Below, one piece after another: positions 40,339 to 51,288 of a DNA stretch of 64,000 nucleotides (position 1 is its first letter; each line of letters opens with the position of its first letter). Source of the DNA: Auanema rhodensis (lineage: Eukaryota > Animalia > Nematoda); contig OZ059899.1 in the NCBI GenBank assembly GCA_964057225.1, positions 6,510,001 to 6,574,000 of the forward strand, given 5' to 3'. The position numbers and the translations under genes are program-made. Under the pieces are notes generated by a model. The model was given only the letters and a program-made list of their open reading frames with translations. It was not told the origin of the DNA and did not search any database.

Positions 40339-43300
40339 ATACAATATACTAACTACATGTAGAAGATGAATTATTCTTATTGACGACGTCATCGGATAAA
40401 AGAATCAAAACTGGTCAAAATATAAAGATGCAGAAGCAATCGAAGAAGATGATGATGACGATGATGAAAAAGAAAAGGAAGGAATGATAGTCTGAGACTG
40501 TTGTCGTATATTAGCCATCGGTTGGGCCTTTTGCTGCTTAGATGATGGTCAACAATAGATATATAAAGAGAGATAGAGAAGGAATAAGTGAGTGAACACA
40601 AAAAATAGGAGAAGAAAACGAAGGATTGGAAAGAAACAAAAAAAAGAAAGAAAAAATCAACTACAACAATAAAAAGAAAAAGCTGGAGCATAGAATCGAT
40701 TAGCTAAACCGGGAGTGTAAAATGGCTTATCCTTACGCATGTGGCATCTATTAAGAGCAAAAGATTCAGGAGACCTAGCTATAGTGTTGATATTACAATA
40801 GGAAATAGGGAAAAAAGAAAAAAAGAAAAAAGTCTTGGAGAACATGATCCTAATCATGGTATGGTAGCAAATATAGACTTAGTTTGTTCCGTATATGAAT
40901 GATTAAAGTATTTACTGAATTTTATAGTAAATGATAGGAAAAACCATACGTTGACCTATGCTATAATAATCGTATACGTATGAAACATCTTAAGAAAACC
41001 GGAGTTGTATGTGTGTAGAAATGAATGTATTGTCCTCTATGCTACTCCACCCCTTTTCCAACATCGCCATTTCAACCCTATACCACACATATACCAAAAG
41101 TGAGACTAAGAAGTAGATAGAATAGATATACATACATATAATAAACAAAAGTATTCTCTACCCCAGTAAATATAGTATTTGAATAGAGCGCCTGTCCGAG
41201 AGAAGAGCTTTGATGAACCCAATATTCATATTATTATACGGAAATATCTATAGCAAATAGGTAATGTCTCAAAAACTATTTTCAATTTCCTAAACATTAT
41301 GTTTAAGGTTTGATTAATGAACATTGTTTTTCTACAAATTACTATTTCTAAACAAGTTTCCCTTTTTTGATGAAAAAACCGCTGCATATGGTGAGTAAGT
41401 CTAAATGGATAACAATAGTAAAGGAAATGGAGTTCTATTTAACTATTTTAAAAGCAACCATTTCGAGCATGTTCTATAGAATTTCTACCAAAAAAAAACT
41501 TTAAAATGTATTGTAGAAGGAGAGAGGTAAAGATAGAGAGAGAGAATCGAAACATTCCCATTATTATGACTATTTTGAGTCAAAACTTAAGATATGGAGA
41601 AATACAGATAAGAAATGGAAGATTGAGTGAAAAAGAAAAAGAGAGAGAAAGAGAGAGGAAGAGAGAGGAAAAAGTGTTTATGGAACATTAAAATGTGTCT
41701 CAGTACAAAAGACGTGTTAAACTTATATCTATGTTTTCATGAGGATACATATAAAGGACATTATTAAGATTATTTTAAAATAATAATAGTGTAGAATAAA
41801 AAATGAAAAAAAGGACAAAACTACAAGGAAATAGCATTGCAAAGAGAATGAAGAATAGGGAAGAGAGGAAAACTAAGAAGAAGATCATGAATGTAAAGAA
41901 CAAGGGAATCTAGCCAGGTGAAAGTGAGAGAGATATTAGAATATAGCAACAATAATTGAGAGTAAAATAGAAAGAGAGGAAAACAGAATGGAGGGAAGGA
42001 CAGTGGGGAAGAAGATGTGCACAACAGTCTCGTTCTCCTCATTGTCATCATCATCGACGAATCGACACAACCGGCTCCTTTCTTCGTTCTCTCCTCTGGA
42101 GTCAACTATCTTTATCTATCTCTAAATGTTGCTCATCCAAAGGAAGAGAGGCTCATTGTTTGCACAACTTGCACTAATCACTAATATGCTAATATCAGAG
42201 AAGCAGAAGCGAGACTGCAAAGACGATTCAGGTAGAAGAAATAAATGAAAAATGACCATTTTGTATGAAAAGAATACACAGAAGACATCCTCCCCACACA
42301 CATTCATATAGGTCTCCTGCATAACTCATAGCCAACGACTCACCGTTTCAAAAGAAAATGTAAAAAAGAAAAAGTTATTCAATACAAAGGAAAAATATTT
42401 GAAAACAAATAAGCTTCCTATAATATCGTTTACCGAATATTTCGAAGAAAACCAAAATTTCAATAAATTTAAACTGATATTCATCAAAACATAATATTTT
42501 TGGAATCACAAAGCTTCAGTACAGATAGTTTCAGAAAAAAACGATAAGCGTAACCAAGTTTAAAAGATTGTTCCAAAAATGATAAAAGACCTTGAAAGAC
42601 GAAAAAACACAATTATCACTCAGCAGGCTTCAAATTGTTTATAGCTGTGATTACGAAGAATAGAAATGGTTGAGACATGAATGTTGCGATTCCAGTTATA
42701 AATAGACAGAACGTTTTATTAATATTTATGGTATTCTATTGATAAAAAACGGCTTTGGATAAAAAAATATTTTTGATAGCAGTGGTCAGAAAAAAACAAT
42801 TTTGATTTCATGTTGACAAACGCTGACAAATCAATTAAATAGAACATCGACCTTATTTAATTAGGAAAAATGGCAACCCCAAATTAACTGGCCACACACT
42901 TTCAAAGTAAAACATCGCCATTTCTGTATATTAAACAGGAATTAACTTTTGCAACATAAAATAGTACAAGAGAAATTAATTAAGATGTTTTAACTCATTG
43001 CTATCAAAATAAAGTCAGAACAACAAGCTTTTTAAGTTACAAGCAGAAGTGCAAAGCCAATTCAAGAACAATAGCAATGAATGATTTCGACGATTGGGCT
43101 GGATAAAACTTAAGCGGTGTTTGGCTGAGGCTAATTGGCTTTCTAGCTAAGGTTCATAAGCCTTGCGCACATCAAATGCTAATAAAATCATTAACAACGC
43201 TATGAAAAGACGCCTGTTCACGAGAAAATGATAAAACAAGAACTAGTGGAGGAGAATAGATTGAAAACTTCAGAATAGTAACTAATCAATTAACTAATAT

Positions 43301-44553
43301 GCGATCACATGAATTAACTATCACCTAGATAGTATATATGTTTTTTTAATTATCATACTTAAGTCATGTTATACAAATAAAAAGAAAACCAATGAAAGAA
43401 TAGCAAAAAGGACAAAGAGCTGCCGTACGACGAAATCAGACGCGGTTCTTCCATACTGTCGAAAAAAGTTAGTCTCATTCATAGTTACTCAGTCGCTTTC
43501 TTGACATTCTACAGCTATTCTGACTCTTACTCTCTCTCTCTATCTTATTTTTCTTTCTCTTCAAACTTCGCCTTCTACAATCTCTCGATCACATTCAGTT
43601 TCTACGTGAAGAACAATGCCACAGCTGCCTATATGAAGGAATACCATGGTATCATATCACAAAGAGTGAAAAAACGAGAGAAAATAAAAGAATATGATCA
43701 ATAATGAAAACTGTCTTGTCCAGCTACATCATGGCTGCATCAGAATAACCCAATACGCGAAATACATAAAGATAATTCTTCAAAGAGAAAGGACGAGACA
43801 AAAAGAAGTGAGCGAGATGCGCTCCTACTAATGGAGTGCAAATACTTGGCTGAAGCTTTAGGAAAACCACATAGCTATAGTTCTTCAGCACAGAATAATT
43901 ATTAGAAATATGAGAAATAATTATCAAAACAACATTTAATAAAATTTTTTTTTAATCATATCATAGATCAAAATGAAGCTGATCCTTTTGAACAATGATT
44001 AGAATGTGAGCATATGATGCCATTAGAGTACAAGTATCAATGCATCTTTTCATTCTCGCTTCATCATTAAGGCACACAAGCTCCATTCTATTATCATATG
44101 GAAGTAGGTAGTAGAAAAGACAAACATATCTGTTATGCATTTAATGTGAGACCTAATGTATCTTTAACGCATCTATTCAGATGTAACTTTCGCGAAAACG
44201 GTTTAATTTTCACATAAAATTGCGAAAAATTCGAATTGATCAGAAGGTTCAAAATATCAGAAAACAAAAAAAAGAAAAGAACTGTTCTATATATTACGCG
44301 GGTTTTATTCTCATGATATTTAGCTTTATTGAAGATGTCTTTTCTCGCAAATCTTGAGATTACTTATTGTAAATTCAAACAATAATGTGAAAAGCATTAC
44401 CCATTCTTGTAAAAAAAACATGTATAGATTTGTGTAGCAATTTTAAAGTTCAGAAAAAAGAGATCAACTTCTATATATCCCGCTTTTTCCGCATTTTCCT
44501 GAATGCTTAGAGGGAAAATATCTAGATTACTAGAATCTCATTCAGTTGCTCAC

Positions 44554-44742
44554 GTTCGACGAATGAGAACACGACCAACCAGAAAACGGGACTGAAGTCA
44601 TTGACAAGCAAAAAGCACAAGACAGGGCCTCTTCGAATATCTCAAGAGCAAAGCGGACAAATTGCTTAGATTCTTCACAAAATATTCTACATAGGCAAGC
44701 CAATTTTCTTCCAAACCTTTCACGAGCCAGCCCCATAGTCAT
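44554..44742 (-). CDS. Candidate alternative first coding exon of the PP2A B'' gene (63 codons)
   Basis: MTMGLARERFGRKLACLCRIFC...SHSSN ends at a phase-0 donor AAC|gtgagc. Confidence 0.45.
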
Positions 44743-45512
44743 TATTAACGTGAGATTACGCAGACCAAAGGGCAGGCGTCTTCATTTCGGAAAAATTTTC
44801 CCTTTTTTTCATAAATTCGCTTCCTTTTTCTTCAACTCAGACATTTCTTAGCCGATGCTACATGTACTTTTGGAAATCATAAAAGACCATTACAGGTCAT
44901 TGTCGTCGAACTCGAACAATTCAACAGATCAACTATTGATATGAAAGGCTTCAAATTCTAGACAAGTTGAGATGGGGATATGAAGCTGATAAAATACATA
45001 GACGAACTCTCGTTTTTAAACTATTTCACAAGTTGAATCAATTGCGGACAGACACCCACTCTTGAAAGCCATGTCACTAATAGTTCTTTAAACGATCGAG
45101 TGTCCAACTGAAAAGAAAAAGGAACAGCTGCCACCTGCAGCATCATATATATAAAAATATATATATACATATGTATATATGTATATATAAAATATATTAA
45201 AGTCATTTTCAGACTATAAACGTTAATATATAATTAATTGCAAAAAAACCAAATATAAAATAGTTATAGTTATAATAAATATAGAATCTATAGAAATACA
45301 TGAATTCGCTATATGGATTTTCTACACATATTGCCCATTGCGATCTCTTCCTACAGGCTATTATCATAACAAGTTTCTATCAATCTCGTATTCGTTCAAG
45401 AATTTTATAAACCTTTGCATTCAATATAGTTAAAGTAAATCAACTCGCTTTTTATATATTAATCATATATAGTATAAATAGTCCAATAAAGTATACATAT
45501 AAATGAACTAAC

Positions 45513-47858
45513 CTTTTGTTGAATTTCAAAAACTGTTGTTTCGTGGTCTGGTGTCTTGGTATGATGAGAACCCAAATCGATATGAATAACAGGTTTAGCA
45601 CGGAATACAGAGCTCTTAGGGCTCATAGAATTTACAGTTGAATTATTAACAGTTTCTTGAGGAGTCACATTCAGAAGTTGAAGGGTTGGTGTTCCCGGTC
45701 GTTTTTCGAATTCTGTAATTCGGGAAGCAACACTTCCGGTTGAAGGAACTGGGAAATTAGGAGATGTACGTAAAAGTCCTGATCTGGGATACAATCCGTT
45801 TACTTGTTGCTGTTGCTGCTGAATTTGGTGAAGCTGTTCTTTAATATTATGTTTCGGTTTTGGATGTGGAAGTCCCGTAGGAACTTGATAAATTGAAGAT
45901 GTTTCACTTGCAGAATCCGTGGGGCTAGGTGAATGCAAAACACGATAATGGGCTGGCAAAGTTGCAGAATGATATCTTGGTGGACTAAAAGCATGTTCAT
46001 CTGTTGGAAAACGAGCGCATCCACCAAGCCGTCTGGCACTGTGAGAATATCCTGTCGACCGAACACCACTATTACCAGCTAGCTCACGAACAGCATTATC
46101 TAATTCTGAGAAATTAGGTGAAGAGACAATTCCTGGTCCAGAAATGAAATGTGTTGTATTTCCACAATTGAAGTTAGAATTGGCTTCATTCATATAAATT
46201 TCTCTGCGTGCGGCAAGTGTTGTTCGTCCATCGTTAAGCAAACTCTCGGAAGCGTTTCTAACATTCGTCGAACCGGTAGTAGGTTCTTGTAACATTTGCA
46301 ATCGTTCAGCAGCTGTTAAAGATGGAACACGTTGAATTGTAGGAGATTGTGGTCTAGAAGCCACTGTAGCAGACCAAAAAGTATCAATGGCACCAGAGCG
46401 ACGATGATCAGGTGCTTCAGATGCACGTCTTTCTACAGCTTTAGCTAAAATAGAAGACTCAGGAACATCATGATGACTGGATGATTTCGATAGCATAGGT
46501 CCTCGACGAGGCAAAGTAGGGGCTCCTAAACTGGTGAAACCATTATAGTATTGAATACCTTCTGTTTCTGAAGGCAAGTTGCGGAATTTTTCCTTCATTT
46601 GAGCAAAGGAATTTCGCCATTCGTTTGTAGAACGATTCATGTCAGCGTCTTCATCCAGATCAAGTACAGAATTCAATAAAGAATCTAATTGAGATATATC
46701 AGTAGAATGAGGCCACTGCAAGTTGTTGCGTAAGTTCGAGGGCAAGTGATTGTTATTCGTCTCAGTGTTGCTGCTCAAGGTTTGATATTGAACCGGATGT
46801 CGATAATTCAATTCGGAATCTTGAACCAAGCCTGTAGGAATGTTCTGGTAGTAGTGAGCAGCAATTGCTGGCTGCGAATTGACAGAATTCGCTGGGGCGT
46901 TGATCTCGTTAGCCTGAGGTGGGAGAACACGTTGGAAATTCTGAGCCTGCTGCTGTTGCTGGTGATAGAACTGATGCTGTTGCGGCTGCTGCTGGGCGTG
47001 AGAAGGGAGAGGACCAACGGACTGTGGCGATTCGTAAAACGTTGGGCCAACAGGTGACGATCGATACTCGCTGTGATATGAGCTGCTTAGCCCAGCCTGT
47101 TCCCTGGAGGGGATACTCCAGGCTTCAGTTGTAGGAAGAGAATAAGTGCGACGACTAGCAGCTGGTGATGGCTTAGGCAAAGTGCCAGTGCCGGTTGCAG
47201 AGTTCTCGTGAAGAGGAGCACTACTGCCAGCTGGATATGATGACGATAAGGTTGATAAAGTTCCAGACGAAGACGCAATAGATGTGAACGATCTTTGAGG
47301 ATTTGAGGATGAACCCTCCGCCTGTGTCGCGTCGGTCTTGAGATGCTTGTTAGCTTCGTTGTAGACAGACTGTCGAGCCGAGGGATATCGTTGTAGGAGA
47401 TTCAGAAGAGCTGAACTACTGGAGGGGGAGCGCTCTCTCAGGTGCTGTGTGAAGTTGTGGGTGGAGCCAGGCGAACTAGAAGATGGTCCAGAAAATCCGT
47501 TATTCTCACGTATACTTGAAGGAAAATTGATGTAGTGAGACTGTTGCCTTGGAGGAGGTGAGGGTTGCTGGATCCTATCCAATTTTGAATGACCAGTCGG
47601 CTCATTATTCATTCCGATATTTGTTGTAGAATATTCATTAAAATGCTGATCATCTACATACGGTCTTCTTCGATAAGAAGTAGACAAGAATTCCAACGGC
47701 ATTACTCTTCTTGTGTCCGCACTCTGAGATCTCGGTCGATACTCATCTCCTCCTAAGTTATAATTTTGACGAACTTCTGACGGAAACACAACCCCTGAAG
47801 GAGCAGCGGGCGGAACATCATAAACACCTGTTCCATACGGCTCCGCTCGATGATACAT
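45513..47858 (-). CDS. Large first coding exon (782 codons, disordered S/P/Q-rich), probably the N-terminus of a long PR130-like PP2A B'' isoform
   Basis: Uninterrupted ORF. The ATG at 47858 is preceded by an in-frame TGA and a trans-splice-type acceptor ttttccag (~47899). The exon ends at a phase-0 donor AAG|gttagt. The next recognisable minus-strand coding exons belong to the B'' gene and accept phase 0. Coding status is near certain; the gene assignment is inferred. Confidence 0.75.
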
Positions 47859-48774
47859 TCGATATCAGTCGGATAACCTACAGGATTATGGTTTCTCTCT
47901 GGAAAAAATTAAAAAGTTGCAATCCTCGAATATATGTGAAAAAGACGAAAACAATGGATAGTAATAACGATGATGATCAAGTTAGAAGGAAGATAAGCAC
48001 ATGTTGTGAAACCTATCAAAACCGCGACACTTCAAACACTTGAAAAACATAAGTGGAAGGACTAGCTGGCAGGAAATCAAGTCATAGATATATGCTGTCA
48101 ATATTTGAAATAAAACGAAAAAGAACTTAGGCTAATAATGATTACTAGGTAAGAACAATTCCTTTCAGAATTTTAAGAAAAAGAAAATAATTGCAAGAAA
48201 GCAAATGATATCTAGGTTGTAAGGAAAGAAAACTGAATACTTAAATCAATGGAATGTAGCATCACTTGTGTTCAATAGTTATATTCTCGAACTGCCGAAC
48301 TGATACTACTCAGAGAAATTTAAAATTAGACGAAATACAATGCACTTTACATAAGAATTCATAGCTATATTATTGTTCAGTGTTAAAAAAAAGTATTAGA
48401 AGAAAAAAATTTAAATTTCAAATGATACAATGATTACTAGTTTTCATATAATTTTTTCATTTGATTATCAGAAACAAAATCCAAGTTTCGCCCGATAAGT
48501 AGCCTAGTTTTCTATGAGAAATTAACAAGCGCCATTATCGATTAAAACAAAAAAAAGCAAAAACCCAACATAGAAAATCAGAAAAATCAACAAACGCACG
48601 GGTGATTAGCTATTATAAAATGCTCAAAAACCACCCTAAATAGTGAAAATCTAAGAAGTGCAAGAAAAAAGAAGTCAAATGAACTACAATCAGACATTTA
48701 GATAAATGTTGAAACAAAAAAAGAAAATAAAAGACGTGGGAAGGATATAAAACAAGGTCTTGAAGGAACATCTG

Positions 48775-48970
48775 AGATCTTTCGGGCTCAATGGGCCCAG
48801 CCTGTCTTAGGCCTTATGCCTCTCCTATTCGCCACGACCGCGAGGCCCTGAGCCCGGACAACGAGACTTTCCATAGGCCGGCCGGGTATTGTTACAGCGT
48901 GCCTAAGGCGAAGAAAGTGTCCGCTGTTTACGCTGGCCGGCAGGATAGGTCGCGCCAGCTACTTGCAAAG
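48775..48970 (+). ncRNA. Candidate structured non-coding RNA of unknown class
   Basis: GC-rich island in very AT-rich DNA, with TATAAAA at 48746-52 about 30 nt upstream. Several nested stems are present and their G-U pairs work on the + strand (see findings). Confidence 0.5.
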
Positions 48971-49346
48971 AAGATGGGAAGAGAACAGAGCCAACAGCCA
49001 AAAGTTGATTACAAGAGCACAAAAACAAAAAATTGTTGAGATTTAAAGAAAAAATACTCAAATTTAAAGTTAATATGAACAACAAGTTTGAAAAAAGGAA
49101 AAGAAAGAGAATGAGTAGAGAGATGAGCAAAAGAAAAGGAATAAATGAATCTTTAACATGAATTACTAGTACATAATCCTAAAACAAAATTCAAATTTCA
49201 GAATTAATACAACTCAGTCTATCAAAAATCATTTTTTTTCTACAAAATATGAACTTTTAACAATTAATTTGATTTGTCGACAGTTACGTTAATCGCTATA
49301 GGTGTAACAATTAGATTCTGGCCCTAAAGTCACCTTGACCAATACT

Positions 49347-50144
49347 TCAAATCATATTACAACTCTTTGTCAACTATTTCAGTCCAATAGCCATATGATT
49401 AAATGTAGAAATATAAATACATAAAAGCATACTAACTAACTTGCTCACATTTTGAAATTAAAAAATAAATTAATATAAACAAAAATAAACTAACTATGAA
49501 ATGTACAGGTGAAAGAAGACTGCCATCTCCATCAGATCCTGGGCTTCGCAATGATTTAAAAATAGGAGAAACGAGTAATTTAACTCTAAAATAATAAAAA
49601 TATAATTAAGGAGTTAAATATAAAAAACCTTTTATGCCTTATTCTCTCTTCTAAAACTGGTGTGCTAGTAAGAGATGTCTCGAATTCCTAGATGGAAAAA
49701 ATTAATTGCATATCAAAATAAATAAAAAATCAACTAACATCTACTACATGTCGCCATCTTGTACGACCAGGAGATTTTGGAGGAACTGTTATATACATAA
49801 AATTAAAAAAGAAATGCTTCTAAACACTTACGGGATGTTTGACCCTTACAATTGTCTCCATTAGGAAACATGATCGTCGTATCACAGTTTCTGAAAAATA
49901 GATATAATTTAGTTTAAAATTTCTGAAATATACTTACTTAGCTTCAATATTTATACGTAAAAGATGAATGATTGAAATCTCCTCCTCGAACACCTTAATC
50001 GAGTCAGGGGTGATCTGAATAATAGAAAAAAATAAAATAAATATTCAAAAACTTTAGACTGAAAAATGATAAAAAAGGAACCTTAAAATAAGACTGTCGT
50101 AGACAATCATTTTTAATTTTTCCCGCGTTATCCATTATCGACAT
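49347..50144 (-). CDS. Small hypothetical protein (~150 aa, 6-7 exons)
   Basis: In-frame splice chain MSIMDNAGKIKNDCLRQSYFK|ITPDSIKVFEEEISIIHLLRINIEAK|NCDTTIMFP..|LPPKSPGRTRWRHVVD|EFETSLTSTPVLEERIRHK|RVKLLVSPIFKSLRSPGSDGDGSLLSPVHFI with canonical splice sites. The last exon is uncertain. Confidence 0.65.
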
Positions 50145-51288
50145 TTTTGAGGAAAGTACTTTGATCCGTATTAACAATGATTCGTTTTATGTCAAGAATA
50201 TTTGTTTTCTTAGCTAAAACGAAAAAAAATTATATAAATAGTAATAATATGATGAAAAAGCATAATATTTGAAAAATTCCTTAAAAATCGTCTAATGACG
50301 ATCGAACAATAGAAAGAAACGCGCAAACTAGCGGAGCGTGTGAGAAGTTGTTACCATGGATACGAACGGATTATGCTTACCCCCGCCCCATGGCCGTAGA
50401 GCATTGACAGACCGAAGAATTGCTCTTGTCTTATATGTCAAAAAAGTATTTACCAACCTTTCTTTATTTCAAAAATCAATTATTATGCCATTCAGAAACT
50501 TTGATTTTCTAAAAAAAAATCAAGAAAACAACCACATATTTATATTGACGTACGAAAAATGAAGCTTATTCAAATGTATATTTTATTTAGAATAGTATGT
50601 AATAATACTGAAAATGTTCATTTTAGTTGAAATTTATAATAAAAAAGAAATTTTATAAAATATAAATATATGATATAATTACTTTCTCATATAACAAAAT
50701 ATATTTTTAATTAGCCAGTTGCTAACTGTAAAACTATTTCTTGATTAATAGCTAATAACTTTTTTGTGCATTCCAAGAAAATTATGTCTTTTCTATATTG
50801 TTTTGAAAAATAAAGAAGAATTTTCTATATCAATTCTTTTAAATTAATTTATTCTGAATTAATAATATAACATTTTTATTTTTCTTTTTTTTTTGGAAAT
50901 AGAAAAAATTAAATATTTGTTATACCTTTATCACCTCACATCATTTTTAATTGTAATTAACAGTTCTTATATATTACATAAATCATGTATAACAATATGA
51001 AAAGAAAAAATATTTTATTTATAATTAAACTTGCATAAAGTTAAAAACATTTTCGTATAAACAATCATACAGTTTGTTTCGAGTATCACAGTAATTTGAA
51101 AAACATTTAAAAAATGAAACAAAATAAAATAATTTGAATTTGAAAATTGCATAGTATTTGATCTAAAAATTATTTAACATAAAAAAACTTATACATAGGT
51201 CTCGTGGGGATTAAGTGCTGCGAAAAAAAACAGAAAAAACATCTAGGAAAGCATTGTGGGAACAAAAACAAAATAAATGAAAGAAAGA

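Noticed and set aside
45800-48043. Several alternative-frame and antisense ORFs inside the giant exon
   Set aside because: Shadows of a GC-richer coding exon.
48764-48970. HDV-like ribozyme or RNase P/MRP identity for the GC island (GGCCGGC, GGACAAC, GGAACATCTGAGA, minus-strand GGAAAGTC)
   Set aside because: I could not build the full P1-P2-P3-P1.1-P4 order for HDV, nor a P1/P4 with matching CR-I and CR-V for RNase P/MRP. A covariance search is still needed.
48791-49039. 82-aa + strand ORF across the GC island
   Set aside because: No splice or trans-splice context and no motif. It is better explained by local GC richness.
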